Assembly (NCBI GenBank): GCA_037305845.1
Contig: CP147778.1
Span: forward strand, 1,824,001 to 1,888,000
Source: Candidatus Freyarchaeum deiterrae
GTDB taxonomy: Archaea > Asgardarchaeota > Jordiarchaeia > Jordiarchaeales > Jordiarchaeaceae
Reading direction: 5' to 3'
DNA: 64,000 bases
In this document: one piece after another, positions 53,721 to 64,000 of the stretch
Layout: each line of letters begins with the position of its first letter
How positions within the stretch are numbered: position 1 is the first letter of the stretch
Notes under the pieces: model-generated
The model's input: only the letters and a program-made list of their open reading frames with translations
Database searches by the model: none
What the model was told of the DNA's origin: nothing
Program-made: the position numbers and the translations under genes

Positions 53721-54623
53721 ATGCTGTTGGATGCTGTTGAGAAGGCGGTTTTGAATCTTCTGTTAGAGGATTCTTCTCTTGGGATTGTGGGTTTGGCGGG
53801 GAGGCTTGGCAAGAGTCGTAATCATGTAGCCAAGCTGGTTAATCAGTTGTTTGAGAAGGGGGTTTTGAGGAGCTATAGTGTGGTTTTGAATCCTCTGAAA
53901 ATATTGTATGATCGTAGCATTTTTCTGTTTGTTAAGACTAATCCTCATGAGAATGCTATTGTTAGGGGCTTGTTGAGTCTCCCGGAGATTCAGGTTCTTG
54001 ACGGGATTTCTGGTGAGTATTCTCTTTTGGGTTTGTATCGTTTCCGGTCTCCTTCGGAGTTTTCGTCTTTTCTTTCCGGGCTTGATCGGTTGATGGTTGT
54101 TTCGAGGTTTAAGAAGTATCGTTTGGTGGAGGTTTTGGCTACTTTTAAGGAGTCTGGGTTTACTGTTCCGGAATCTAAGGGTGAGTCTTCTGTTCTTTCT
54201 GAGTTTGATTGGAAACTGCTTGGTGCTCTTAGGCAGCAGGTGGTTCGTACGCCTTATTCTCAGACCGATATAGCGAAAATGTTGGGTGTTTCGCAGCCTG
54301 TTGTTTCGAGAAGTATCTCAAAGCTGCGGAGCGAGAATGTGATTATTGGTTATACTGCTCGTATAAATTTTTCAGCAGTTGGTTTGGAAGCGAAGTTTTA
54401 TTTAGAAATTAGAGTTGATCCGCGTTCCTATCTTTCAGTGGCTAAGAAGCTTTGTGAGTTTGATGAGGTGTGGAGTTTGTATCGGTCTGGTGAGGAGTAT
54501 GGTTTGATGGCTGTTATTCGTGTGAGAGATATTAAACACTATAATCAGCTTCTGCTGAAGATTTTTGAAATGGATGATATTATAGATACTTATTCCAGTG
54601 TGGTTTTTCAGGAATGGATGTAA
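53721..54623 (+). CDS. Lrp/AsnC-family regulator with tandem HTH+RAM units
   Basis: Two HTH-RAM modules (ISGEYSL, RSGEEYGL); divergent from ahcY. Confidence 0.85.
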   Translation: MLLDAVEKAVLNLLLEDSSLGIVGLAGRLGKSRNHVAKLVNQLFEKGVLRSYSVVLNPLKILYDRSIFLFVKTNPHENAIVRGLLSLPEIQVLDGISGEYSLLGLYRFRSPSEFSSFLSGLDRLMVVSRFKKYRLVEVLATFKESGFTVPESKGESSVLSEFDWKLLGALRQQVVRTPYSQTDIAKMLGVSQPVVSRSISKLRSENVIIGYTARINFSAVGLEAKFYLEIRVDPRSYLSVAKKLCEFDEVWSLYRSGEEYGLMAVIRVRDIKHYNQLLLKIFEMDDIIDTYSSVVFQEWM

Positions 54624-54777
54624 TCTTGAAGATGAATAGTTTGGCGGATTGATTTACATTTTTTCGCCTTTTATATTTCTTTCTTTTTAAGAAATATTTT
54701 TATAATATGTGTTTTAATTATGAAAGCTTATAGACGATTAGGATACTGTTGATTTGTTTTGGTTCGGAGGTAAGTGG

Positions 54778-55800
54778 ATGTCTTTGTATGGGTTGCGGGT
54801 TATTTGGAAGCCGGAGATGTATCATGGACATTCGAAGAAGAGAAATTTCTTTGAGGGCTGGTATTTTAAGATAATCGATAGTAAAGAAGAGTTTTTTTAT
54901 GCGATTATCCCTGGAGTTTCTCTAGGAAGTAGTAAAGAAGTTTCTCATTCGTTTATTCAAGTCTTAAATGGGGTAGAAGGAACTTCAAGTTATCATACGT
55001 ATAGTCTTGGGGACTTTAGTTATTCTAAAAATAATTTTGAGATTTGGATTGGTAAGAATTATTTTAGTCTGAACGGGATAAAGCTGAATATTGAGGGATC
55101 GGAGGCTCGTATTAAGGGTGAGCTTAAGTTCAAGAATTTGATAGGCTGGCCAGTGAAATTTACTTCTCCAGGAGCGATGGGATGGTATGCCTTTTTGCCT
55201 TTTCTGGAGACTTATCATGGTATTTTGAGCCTTAACCATGATATTGATGGTAACATAACGTTTAATGATCAAAAAGTCAACTTTTCTGGTGGTAAGGGAT
55301 ATATCGAAAAGGATTGGGGATCGTCATTTCCTAGTGCATATATTTGGATGCAGAGTAATCACTTTGACGAAAAGAATGCTTCAATCACGGCTTCTATAGC
55401 TAGAGTGCCTCTTTTGGGGAGATCCTCTACTGGTTTTATTGTTGGATTCTTGTATAATAACAAACTCTATAAATTTACTGCTAATACTGGTGCCAAAATA
55501 ATCAAGTTGCAGAAGAAGGCTAACCTGATAACTGCGAGCTTCAGAGATAAAATGCACCTTTTAGAAATAGAAGCCGCAAAAGAGAAAGGCGCAGAGCTGG
55601 CTTCCCCTATTCTCGGCGAGATGGCTGGGAGAATAAATGAAACTCTCAAGGCAAAAATTAATGTTACTTTATATAGGTTAAATGGAGGAAAAAAAGAGCT
55701 TGTCTTTTCGGGGGTAGGAAGGAATAGTGGTTTAGAAGTTGTAGGAAATTTTAAAGAATTGGTTAGTGGCTTTAAGACCGTCAAACATACTAACGCGTAA
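54778..55800 (+). CDS. Tocopherol-cyclase-family protein
   Basis: FFEGWYFK, PGAMGW and GYIEKDWGSSFPSAYIWMQSNHF motifs. Confidence 0.85.
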   Translation: MSLYGLRVIWKPEMYHGHSKKRNFFEGWYFKIIDSKEEFFYAIIPGVSLGSSKEVSHSFIQVLNGVEGTSSYHTYSLGDFSYSKNNFEIWIGKNYFSLNGIKLNIEGSEARIKGELKFKNLIGWPVKFTSPGAMGWYAFLPFLETYHGILSLNHDIDGNITFNDQKVNFSGGKGYIEKDWGSSFPSAYIWMQSNHFDEKNASITASIARVPLLGRSSTGFIVGFLYNNKLYKFTANTGAKIIKLQKKANLITASFRDKMHLLEIEAAKEKGAELASPILGEMAGRINETLKAKINVTLYRLNGGKKELVFSGVGRNSGLEVVGNFKELVSGFKTVKHTNA

Positions 55801-55829
55801 ACTGGCATTCAACAACTTTTGTTTCTCGA

Positions 55830-57839
55830 TTATCCTATTTTGCTTCCTGTTTCGACGTCCTTATCTGGTACTAGTAGTGAGATTTTATCTCCGTCTAAGG
55901 CTGCTAGGAGCATACCGTTTGATAGTATTCCCTGAATTTTTCTGGGTTTTAGGTTTGTTAGCACCGTTACCTTTTTACCTTTTAGTTCTTCGGCTTTGTA
56001 GCTTCCTCCGAGTTTGCCTACTATTGTTGTTTGCTTGTTCGGTTCTGTTTGGACGACTAGTTGTACGAGGTCTCCTTGGATTTTTTTTGCTGTGATTATT
56101 TCTCCTATTCTTATGTCCAGTTTGTTGAATTCGCTGATTTCTATTTCTGGTTTCTTTTCGATTTGTTTTGTTTGTTGTTTTAGTATTTCTATTTCTTTCT
56201 TGATTTCTTCTTCGGGAATTTTTTCGAACAGCGGTTCTGCTTTCATTATTTTGTGTCCTGGTTTTAGTTGTAGTTCCCTTGCAGAGTCCCAATCGTCTAT
56301 TTTTGAGTTTAGGTATTTTTCTAATTTTTCTGCGGATTGGGGTATTATTGGGTAGAGGTAGGTTGTTGCTGAGCGTAGGAAGTTTGCGCAGATGTAGAGT
56401 GTGGTTTTTGCTTCTTCTGGGTTTTCTTTTATTTTTTTCCAGGGTTCTTTGGCTGTGAAGTAACTGTTGGCGAATTTGAAGGATTCTATTATTCTTTTTA
56501 CGGTTTTTGATAGATCGCATTGCTGATAATATGCGGCGAGTTCATCTGTTAAGGAACCAATTAGCTCGATAAATTCCTTGTCACGATTGTCGTAATCTGA
56601 GGGTTTGGGAATTTTGCTGTCATAGCGGTTGTTTATGAAGTTTAGGATTCTGTGTATGAGGTTTCCAATGTTGTCTACTAGGTCTCCGTTTATTCTTTCT
56701 TGGAATTCTTCCCAGCTGAAATTGTTGTCTTTGATTGTGTTTGCTGCTTTGAAGGCTAGGTAGAATCTTACGTAGTCTGCGGGATATTTTTTCAGAATGT
56801 AGTTTAAGGGTATTAGCCAGTTTCGGCTCTTGCTCATTTTTAAGCCTTCGAGGGTTAGATATCCGTTTACTACGTATTTTTTGGGGAGTGTTATTTCCTC
56901 GGTTCCCATGAGTACGGCTGGCCAGAAAAGAAAGTGGTGATAAACTATGTCCTTTCCAATAAAATGGGTTATGAAGGAATCTTCTCCTTTCCAGTAATCC
57001 TCCCAGTTTGTTTCCTTCTTTTTGCTCCAATTGATTGTGGAAGCTATGTATCCTATTGGTGCGTCAAACCAGACGTAGACGTACTGGTTTTCCTTTGCGT
57101 CCTTGTAGGGTAATTTGAATCCCCAGTAATTTTCACGGGTGATGTCCCAGTCCTCAAGTCCCGATTTTATCCACTGGACCACGTAATTAACAACATCTTT
57201 TGGGAAATTTTCTCCCGTTTCATCTGATGTTAACCATTCGTATAGCCTATCAGAAAAGGCGCTGAGCTTGAATATGAAATGGTTCTCTCTTCTTGTCACA
57301 GGCGGATTACCGCAGAGAATGCAGTAGGGCTTAATTATCTCGCCGGGTTCGATTGTTCGTCCGCAAACCTCGCAAGCATCGCTGTATTGGTTCTCCGCGC
57401 CGCAGTATGGGCAGGTACCCTTTATCATTCGGTCTGGCAGGTACGTTTTGTCTTTCTCACAGTAGAAGAGTTCCACCTCTTTTTGGTAAATGTATCCGTT
57501 CTCCCTCAGTTTTAGAAGGAAATGCTCTGTTATTTCCTGATTTTCTTCACTGTGGGTTCTGTAATAGTTATCATAACTGATGTTTAGTGCTTTAAGATCA
57601 TTTAATTGCCTTTCGCGATAATAGTCAACGTGTTCTAGGGGGGTACGTCCAGCTTCACGGGCTGCAATTGAAATGGGAGTGCCATGCTCGTCCGCTCCAC
57701 CAACAAAAACTACATCGTATCCTCTCAATCTGCAAAAACGTGCATAAGCATCTGCCGGGATATATGTGCTTGTAACATGCCCAATGTGAAGATCGCCATT
57801 AGCATAAGGTAGCGCAGTTGTAATCAGAATTCGATTCAA
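55830..57839 (-). CDS. metG: Methionine-tRNA ligase with C-terminal tRNA-binding domain
   Basis: ALPYANGDLHIGH, DEHGTPI, YVWFDAPIGY and KMSKS motifs. Confidence 0.98.
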   Translation of the reverse strand: MNRILITTALPYANGDLHIGHVTSTYIPADAYARFCRLRGYDVVFVGGADEHGTPISIAAREAGRTPLEHVDYYRERQLNDLKALNISYDNYYRTHSEENQEITEHFLLKLRENGYIYQKEVELFYCEKDKTYLPDRMIKGTCPYCGAENQYSDACEVCGRTIEPGEIIKPYCILCGNPPVTRRENHFIFKLSAFSDRLYEWLTSDETGENFPKDVVNYVVQWIKSGLEDWDITRENYWGFKLPYKDAKENQYVYVWFDAPIGYIASTINWSKKKETNWEDYWKGEDSFITHFIGKDIVYHHFLFWPAVLMGTEEITLPKKYVVNGYLTLEGLKMSKSRNWLIPLNYILKKYPADYVRFYLAFKAANTIKDNNFSWEEFQERINGDLVDNIGNLIHRILNFINNRYDSKIPKPSDYDNRDKEFIELIGSLTDELAAYYQQCDLSKTVKRIIESFKFANSYFTAKEPWKKIKENPEEAKTTLYICANFLRSATTYLYPIIPQSAEKLEKYLNSKIDDWDSARELQLKPGHKIMKAEPLFEKIPEEEIKKEIEILKQQTKQIEKKPEIEISEFNKLDIRIGEIITAKKIQGDLVQLVVQTEPNKQTTIVGKLGGSYKAEELKGKKVTVLTNLKPRKIQGILSNGMLLAALDGDKISLLVPDKDVETGSKIG

Positions 57840-58082
57840 ACTCCATCACCTTGAACAGGTCTTTTGATTTGTTTTAAGTGAAAGCATTAATTTTTCTTTA
57901 GAATTTTTTTGATGGGGAAAGCTAAGAAATTCAGCTTCAGTATTTTTTGAATCTCACAATCCCAATTCTGTCATCAGAAAGATGGGACGAAACTATTTTA
58001 AACATTTGGTAGCTAAACTACTGGCTAAGAAAAGTATTAAATCATTTTAAGAGCCTTATTTTACGAAACTCGAATTCCATGG

Positions 58083-58949
58083 TTGAGGGTGATAAATGTG
58101 CAGAACTTTCCTGCTACCGATAATCATATGCATATTAACCCCGTTCTGGGTCTTGGACCTATACAAATTGGAAAAGTATTCCAAAAAGCGGGTGGCACAG
58201 CGTTAATGTGTGTCTGCCTCCCTTCTTGGAGCTACAATGTTAGAGTTTTGAAGCCTTCAGATTACGAAACCTGTTACGGCTATGTTTTCGATTGTGTCGA
58301 AAAAATCAGAACCCTTGGTCTTCATGCTTATGGTGTCATAGGAGTTCATCCTGCTGAGCTAACGCAGATGCTGGATAGAGGAATAGATTTGAAAAAGGCT
58401 AGGGAACTTATGTGTGCTGGATTGGATATAGCTGCGAAATGGATTAAAGAAGAAAAGGCGATAGCTATGGGTGAGATTGGGCGCCCCCACTACCCGGTAA
58501 GTCCAGAGGTTTGGGAGGCTTCAAATGAAATTTTACTATACGCTCTCGGATTAGCTAGAGATTGTGGTTGCGCGGTTCAACTTCACACAGAAAGTGTGGG
58601 TGAAAAAGAAATAATCGAGTTATCCAAAATGGTGAAAAAGGCTAATATGGATCACAGCCGAGTGGTGAAGCATTTTAGTCCACCCTTGATAAAAATTTGT
58701 GAACGAGAAAAAATTTTTCCCTCAATAATTGCTTCAAATAAAAATATTGAAGCTGCCCTCAAGGAGGGAGATCGCTTCCTTCTCGAAACAGACTATATGG
58801 ATGATCCCAAAAGACCAGGAGCGGTTCTGAGTCCCCAATCCGTACCCAAGAGAGTAAACCAATTAAAAGAACAACAAGATTTAAAGGAGCGACTTTGGAA
58901 AGTTAATAAAGAATACCCCGAAAAAATTTACGGCGTTCAATTTTTTTGA
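58083..58949 (+). CDS. TatD-related metallohydrolase
   Basis: DNHMH, GVHPAE, GEIGRPHY, QLHTE and ETDYMDDPKRPGAVL motifs. Confidence 0.9.
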   Translation: MRVINVQNFPATDNHMHINPVLGLGPIQIGKVFQKAGGTALMCVCLPSWSYNVRVLKPSDYETCYGYVFDCVEKIRTLGLHAYGVIGVHPAELTQMLDRGIDLKKARELMCAGLDIAAKWIKEEKAIAMGEIGRPHYPVSPEVWEASNEILLYALGLARDCGCAVQLHTESVGEKEIIELSKMVKKANMDHSRVVKHFSPPLIKICEREKIFPSIIASNKNIEAALKEGDRFLLETDYMDDPKRPGAVLSPQSVPKRVNQLKEQQDLKERLWKVNKEYPEKIYGVQFF

Positions 58950-59065
58950 ACGTTTCAACTAACTCCACCCATGGATCTCGATAAAAATTTTTTCTGGGGT
59001 TGCGTCTTATAGTTTTTGTTAGTACTCGAATGGATTTATAGTCTGATTTCCGATAGAGTTCAGGA

Positions 59066-59737
59066 GTGATTTGGTTGAGTGGAATTGTTAAAAAAAGGGC
59101 CGCTGCTTACAAGGTTCATATTTCCGACTTGGTTAGTGGCAAATGGGTGGAGAAACCTGGCGGCCGATTTGTTTTGACCAATTCTGGATTAGAGGCCCAG
59201 AGGGCTCGAGTTCTGGGAACAGTGGTTGATAAATTTATCAGTTCCCAGTCGGAATTTGGTAGTATTACTGTTGATGACGGTACTAAAACAATTAGAGCTA
59301 AAACTTGGAAAACTCAGAATCCCCTTCTGAATAAAGTCCAGATTGGTGACATTGTAGATCTTATCGGTAAGGTTAGAGAGTATCAGGGTGAGATTTATTT
59401 AGTTCCCGAACTTATCATAAATGTGGACGATCCCAATTGGGAACTTCTAAGAGAATTAGAATTAATTTCCTTTAACCCTAAAGATAAGACTAGTCCCATA
59501 AAGGAAGAAGTAGGGGTATCGGAAGAAGACAAACCCCCCGCTGAAGAAGACCTCGTTGATAAGATTGGTAATGTTTTGGAAATCATAGAAGAAATGGATG
59601 AAGGCGAAGGAGTAGATTTCGAAACAATCAAGAAAAAAACCGGGTTATCACAAAAAGAATTAGAGTCTTGTCTAGTAGAACTGTTGTCTGATGGAACAAT
59701 CTACGAGCCGAGACCTCAGAATTATAGGAAACTCTGA
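59066..59737 (+). CDS. RPA32-like OB-fold ssDNA-binding protein with C-terminal winged helix
   Basis: RARVLGTVV, VDDGT..IRAKTW and G.IYEPRP motifs. Confidence 0.85.
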   Translation: MIWLSGIVKKRAAAYKVHISDLVSGKWVEKPGGRFVLTNSGLEAQRARVLGTVVDKFISSQSEFGSITVDDGTKTIRAKTWKTQNPLLNKVQIGDIVDLIGKVREYQGEIYLVPELIINVDDPNWELLRELELISFNPKDKTSPIKEEVGVSEEDKPPAEEDLVDKIGNVLEIIEEMDEGEGVDFETIKKKTGLSQKELESCLVELLSDGTIYEPRPQNYRKL

Positions 59738-59758
59738 AACATTTATGGAGGTTAAACA

Positions 59759-60169
59759 ATGGATGACTACCAACGTCTATTAGATAGAGCACGGGAGCAG
59801 GTGCCCCCTGAAGTATTTGAAAGTAAACGGTTTGATGTTCCTAAGGCGTCTATCTTCGTTGAAGGTAGCAGGACAATTATTAAAAATTACAAAGATATAG
59901 CCCAAGTTATGAATAGAGACCCTCAGCATCTGTTGAAGTTTCTCATGCGTGAATTGGCAACCTCAGGTGTTGTAGATGGACAGAGAGCGGTTTTCCAAGG
60001 AAAATTCTCAAGTAAATCCCTCGACGATTTAATATCAAGATACACCAAGACTTACGTTGTCTGTTCTGAGTGTGGTAAACCTGACACTCATATTGAGAAA
60101 CAAGATAGATTCCAATATTTGGTGTGTGAAGCTTGCGGAGCGAGAGCCTCAATAAAAATTATACAGTAA
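59759..60169 (+). CDS. eif2b: Translation initiation factor aIF-2 beta
   Basis: YQRLLDRA, RDPQHLLKFL.RELATSG and CSECGKPDT...CEACGA motifs. Confidence 0.95.
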   Translation: MDDYQRLLDRAREQVPPEVFESKRFDVPKASIFVEGSRTIIKNYKDIAQVMNRDPQHLLKFLMRELATSGVVDGQRAVFQGKFSSKSLDDLISRYTKTYVVCSECGKPDTHIEKQDRFQYLVCEACGARASIKIIQ

Positions 60170-60221
60170 AAAGCTACATTGTATCCAATTACTATAACAT
60201 GAAACACGGAGAATATAAAAA

Positions 60222-60518
60222 ATGAGAGTATACCTTCGTGTGCGAAGAGTCAATAACGAGGTTTTGGTCGCTGTTTGTGACGAGGACATAGCAGGAAAAA
60301 CCTTCAGAGAAGGCAAGCTCAAAATAGAGGTGAATAAATCCTTTTACTGCGGCGAACTTGTCTCAATAGAAGAAGGCGTTGAGGCGATTAAACAAGGAAC
60401 TATAGTAAACATAGTCGGCAACAACATAGTTTCTGAAGCTATAAGCGCCGGATTAATTCACCCTCTAGGAATCATAAAAATCGAGGGAGTAGCTCACGCA
60501 CAAAAAGTAATAATGTAG
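60222..60518 (+). CDS. DUF424-family protein
   Basis: LVAVCDE...GK.F, FYCGE, NIVGN and GVAHAQ motifs. Confidence 0.88.
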   Translation: MRVYLRVRRVNNEVLVAVCDEDIAGKTFREGKLKIEVNKSFYCGELVSIEEGVEAIKQGTIVNIVGNNIVSEAISAGLIHPLGIIKIEGVAHAQKVIM

Positions 60519-60545
60519 ATTCAGATTTGACGGAGCCATAATTTA

Positions 60546-61607
60546 ATGTCGAAAAGATTCTGCGCACTTTGTGGAAAAACAGACGTCCCCCTAATTGAAA
60601 ATCTCTGCCAAGCGTGCTATTTTAAGAAAAACCCCCCTTTCAGCATTAAACATGAACCAGAATTAAGGATTTGTCCTCACTGCTTCAGCTATAAACTCTC
60701 TAAAAAATGGGTACAAACACAAAGCTCAAACCAAACCGAATTCTTAGAACAAGCAATCGCACAGGTCTTACCACTATTCATAAAACACTCTCCAGAGTTT
60801 GATATTACCGTACAACCTCAAATAGATGAAGAAATAAAATTAACAAATAAAATCGAAATCCCCGTCTTAATATCCGCTAAAAAGGATGATATAGTTATTA
60901 CCGAAACATTGCCGGTCACAATTATCATCGAATCTGCTCCATGCGAGGTATGCACAAAAAAAATGAGTGGCGCTTATGAGGCTATACTCCAATTCAGAAG
61001 CTTGAAAGGTCGAATAAGCGAGGAGGAGAAACTACAAGTCTACGATATAATAGACAAAACTCTTTGCTTAGAAAGCTATAAAGGCGCCTACATTTCCGAA
61101 ATTAAAGAGAAAAAACAAGGCTTCGACGCCTATGTTAGCTCAATAAGATTAGCCAAGAGCATAGCAACATCCGCTAAAGATCTTATGGGCGCAAACCTAC
61201 AGGAATCGTTCAAAATTTCGGGAATGAAAGATGGAAAAAAACTAGGAAAATTCTCCCTCTCCGTGAGACTCCCCTCCTTTAGCATAGGCGAAATACTACA
61301 AACCCCTGATAAAACCATCATATTTGAAAAAATCGAAAAAGGAAACCCTATCGGAAAGAATCCAGAAACTGGAGAGCGATCAGTCATCCAATACAAAGAT
61401 TTATGGGAGTCAGAAATACAAAGCTGGGAACCAGAAACAAGAGAATACCAAATAATCTCAAAAACAGGAAACTTCCTCCAACTAATGGATCTAAAAACTT
61501 ACGAAATCACAGAAATAAAAAAAGAAGCCAACTACACCAACCTGAGCGAAGGAGAAACAGTAAAAGCAATAAAGATAGACGAAAAAATAATAATTATCAC
61601 ACCCTAA
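60546..61607 (+). CDS. nmd3: Nmd3 ribosome biogenesis protein
   Basis: N-terminal CxxC pairs, CEVC...G.YEAILQFR and SVRLP motifs. Confidence 0.92.
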   Translation: MSKRFCALCGKTDVPLIENLCQACYFKKNPPFSIKHEPELRICPHCFSYKLSKKWVQTQSSNQTEFLEQAIAQVLPLFIKHSPEFDITVQPQIDEEIKLTNKIEIPVLISAKKDDIVITETLPVTIIIESAPCEVCTKKMSGAYEAILQFRSLKGRISEEEKLQVYDIIDKTLCLESYKGAYISEIKEKKQGFDAYVSSIRLAKSIATSAKDLMGANLQESFKISGMKDGKKLGKFSLSVRLPSFSIGEILQTPDKTIIFEKIEKGNPIGKNPETGERSVIQYKDLWESEIQSWEPETREYQIISKTGNFLQLMDLKTYEITEIKKEANYTNLSEGETVKAIKIDEKIIIITP

Positions 61608-61876
61608 CCTAAAAATTAATAATGCACTTCTCTCACCTTGGAACAATGACCCATGTAACTCAAAACAAACTCACTATTTTTGATAAACGCTAACATCATC
61701 AAAGTCTCCGTATTTTACATTCATCCAATAAACAGGAATGTAATAGTGTATCACATACCATTCTCTGCCCCAACCATACAGGACAATGTCGCACACGATA
61801 CCCTATCAAAAATAGAAAGATTTAGGAAATTTTAAAAGAGCGTATACATTTATTCATTAAGAGAACCAAAAGAAGG

Positions 61877-62197
61877 TTGAAAATTGTGTCACCCAAAAGA
61901 ACAACCACAGATAACGAAGAAGAATACAAAAAGGTACGTCTCCCACGACAGGGAGAACTTCTCGGAGTAGTATTAAAAATGCTAGGCTACGACCACCTTC
62001 ACGTGAAGTCTACCGATGGACAAACCAGAATGTGCAGAATAAGAGGAAAAATGAAGAAAAGAGTATGGTTGAGAGAAGGTGACATAGTAATTCTCGCACC
62101 CTGGGACTTCCAAGACGCAAAAGCCGACATAATCTGGAGATACTCCCGGGGACAAGCCAAATGGCTCGAAGAAAACGGTTACCTACAAGGAATATGA
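61877..62197 (+). CDS. eif1a: Translation initiation factor aIF-1A
   Basis: RMCRIRGKMKKRVWLREGDIV...PWDFQ..KADIIWRY motif. Confidence 0.96.
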   Translation: MKIVSPKRTTTDNEEEYKKVRLPRQGELLGVVLKMLGYDHLHVKSTDGQTRMCRIRGKMKKRVWLREGDIVILAPWDFQDAKADIIWRYSRGQAKWLEENGYLQGI

Positions 62198-62210
62198 AGT
62201 CCTCACCGGA

Positions 62211-62795
62211 TCATGTTCCTGTTCCCGCACCGGTTCCACTCGCAGTCTTCCATGTAGCCAGTCTTCTTTTTAAAGCTCGTTTTCTCTTTTGAAGAACAGT
62301 GTAAACTGTCGAGTGGGGGGCACCTTCGATTAACATCATTACTGCCTCCTTAGCTATTCTGCTCTGATACACATCACCTATTATGGTTACAGTGTGTCCA
62401 TAAACTGACAGTATAGCCCCACTAGCTTCTTCAATAATCCTTCTGCTCTTCCCCCCAGCACCTATAATGCGACCCTTAATCCTATCCAACATGTTCTTAG
62501 ACTTGGCAAAAAGTGTAAGGTCAACTATCTCCAGCAACTCATCATCACCCAAGAGCCTAAACGCTCTACTTGGACTAAAACCTCTACCAATAGCCCGCAC
62601 AATATCCCTAGCCTTCCAAATAGCCACAGGATCTTCCATCTCCGCCGTTGGAACGATAATAACGTTGCCCTCTTCACCATCAATCTCAAGCCTAGTTTTA
62701 GTATCCCTCTCAATAACATTCTTAACCCTTCCCTCAGGGCCAATAATAACCGCAACACGTTCTTTTGGAACTTTTACAAATTCTCTTGTCTCCAT
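62211..62795 (-). CDS. KH-domain pre-rRNA processing protein (Dim2/Pno1 family)
   Basis: IIGPEG, AIGRGFSP, GRIIGAGG and GAPHSTVY motifs. Confidence 0.92.
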   Translation of the reverse strand: METREFVKVPKERVAVIIGPEGRVKNVIERDTKTRLEIDGEEGNVIIVPTAEMEDPVAIWKARDIVRAIGRGFSPSRAFRLLGDDELLEIVDLTLFAKSKNMLDRIKGRIIGAGGKSRRIIEEASGAILSVYGHTVTIIGDVYQSRIAKEAVMMLIEGAPHSTVYTVLQKRKRALKRRLATWKTASGTGAGTGT

Positions 62796-63592
62796 TTCAA
62801 CTCCTCACCTGTAACCTCTTTATAAGCCTCCTCCAAAGAGGGGACACCTACTCCTAAACCTGAAAAATACCTCAAAATATTCTTCAAATCACGTGCCAAA
62901 AAATCTAACGCAAGAGGATGACTCAGAAGAACCGCCTGAGAAACATCAATAATCACCGGCCCATTCTTCCAATACAAAATATTATACTCACTGAGATCCC
63001 CATGAACTAACTTCGCCTTCTTGTAAAGTGTAATAACATAATCAAAAACAGTCCCAAAAACGGATTCAGGTTCCTCAATAACTATATCCTTCAGCCTAGG
63101 AGCAGAAACACCGTTCTCACCAATAAACTCCATAACAAGAACATTACTCCGACAAACAACCGGCTTAGGAACCCTAACACCCACCTCATCCGCAAGCTTA
63201 AGATTCTTAAACTCCTTCTCCGCCCATGCATACATTATAGAACTAGTATCCTTCTTAACTTTAGTGAACCGCGGATCCCCCTCAATATAACCCCAAATAT
63301 GTTTAAAATCCAAGGTAGAAGTCCGATAAACCTTAACGGCCAAATCTCTTTCCTTACCATCCTCCTCAAGAGTCGCCCAATAAACATTCGACTCCTTCCC
63401 CGAAGCAACAACCCCCTTCATACCGCTCAAGTAACCACGACTAATCAAACCATACAAAATAATCGCAGTCCTCTTATCAACAACCGCCTGCACAGTATCC
63501 AAATCCTCAGACCTCTTCCTCCTAACCCTACTCCTATCAATCTTACGATCAAACCTATCCTCACGCTTATCCAAAACTATCACCATCATCAA
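62774..63592 (-). CDS. rio1: Rio1 serine kinase
   Basis: SGKESNVY, AVKVYR, YIEGDPRF, WAEKEFKNL, HGDLSEYNIL and IDVSQAV motifs. Confidence 0.95.
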   Translation of the reverse strand: MMMVIVLDKREDRFDRKIDRSRVRRKRSEDLDTVQAVVDKRTAIILYGLISRGYLSGMKGVVASGKESNVYWATLEEDGKERDLAVKVYRTSTLDFKHIWGYIEGDPRFTKVKKDTSSIMYAWAEKEFKNLKLADEVGVRVPKPVVCRSNVLVMEFIGENGVSAPRLKDIVIEEPESVFGTVFDYVITLYKKAKLVHGDLSEYNILYWKNGPVIIDVSQAVLLSHPLALDFLARDLKNILRYFSGLGVGVPSLEEAYKEVTGEELKWRQENL

Positions 63593-63664
63593 ACAAAAAT
63601 AACTAATAAAAGGTTCCCTCTATACTCAAAACAAACATTTTTTTCCACTTTTCAAGTCAAGATT

Positions 63665-63836
63665 TGGTGCGGGGAACGGGACTTTCAGCGAAGCAGAAGA
63701 ATCTGCCTCACATTCGAACCCGTGAAGGCCTACGCAGCTCCGCCAAACACCGACGAAACACTACGCCACCAGGTCCTAAGCCTGGCTCCTATAGCCAACC
63801 CTTAAGGGGGAGTTTGACCGGCTCGGATATCCCCGC
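63665..63836 (-). tRNA. tRNA-Leu(TAG) with three non-canonical introns (D-loop 63791-63813; variable arm ~63731-63760; T-loop 63682-63712)
   Basis: Removing the inserts gives GCGGGGATATCCGAGCCGGTCAAAGGAGCCAGGCTTAGGACCTGGTGGCGTAGGCCTTCACGGGTTCGAATCCCGTTCCCCGCACCA, a typical archaeal tRNA-Leu. Anticodon at 63776-63778. Confidence 0.92.
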
Positions 63837-64000
63837 AACAATTCTAAATCACTAAACTACCACAACAACAAATTCCTAATATACAAAATGGATACGCATA
63901 ATAATTTTTATACATTTCCTTTTGAACTTTACTATCCCCAAAAATTGGAATAAAGAAGATTAACAGAGAAAGAGTACCTAAAAAGTTTTTGAAACCCTTT

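Noticed and set aside
61610-61870. Possible C/D-box sRNA on the minus strand between nmd3 and eif1a (TGATGA present)
   Set aside because: No convincing CTGA D box at the expected spacing.

Overview
Archaeal chromosomal window. Gene content (aIF-2beta, aIF-1A, Nmd3, Rio1, Dim2/Pno1, archaeal DnaG, PheRS, DUF1512) and an enlarged 23S helix-98 segment suggest an Asgard/TACK-type archaeon (inference). It holds an accessory region (1-12.2 kb), a 23S rRNA gene with no linked 16S or 5S in the window, a nucleoside/methylthioadenosine-salvage cluster, and translation and housekeeping genes. Main discovery: three protein-coding genes that look broken in the ORF track are interrupted by five bulge-helix-bulge (BHB, tRNA-type) introns. 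These are ahcY (56, 29 and 191 nt), tyrS (30 nt) and a PflX-like radical SAM gene (31 nt). Cutting each at the canonical endonuclease position restores the frame and a conserved motif exactly. Two of the ahcY introns have homologous ends, and tRNA-Leu carries three non-canonical introns, pointing to endonuclease-dependent mRNA splicing and intron spread. Other signals: three orphan copies of the 16S rRNA 3' end separating accessory genes upstream of 23S, an unassigned highly structured RNA candidate of about 250 nt downstream of 23S, and a gene flanked by 68-bp direct repeats. All analysis was by eye; no searches were run.
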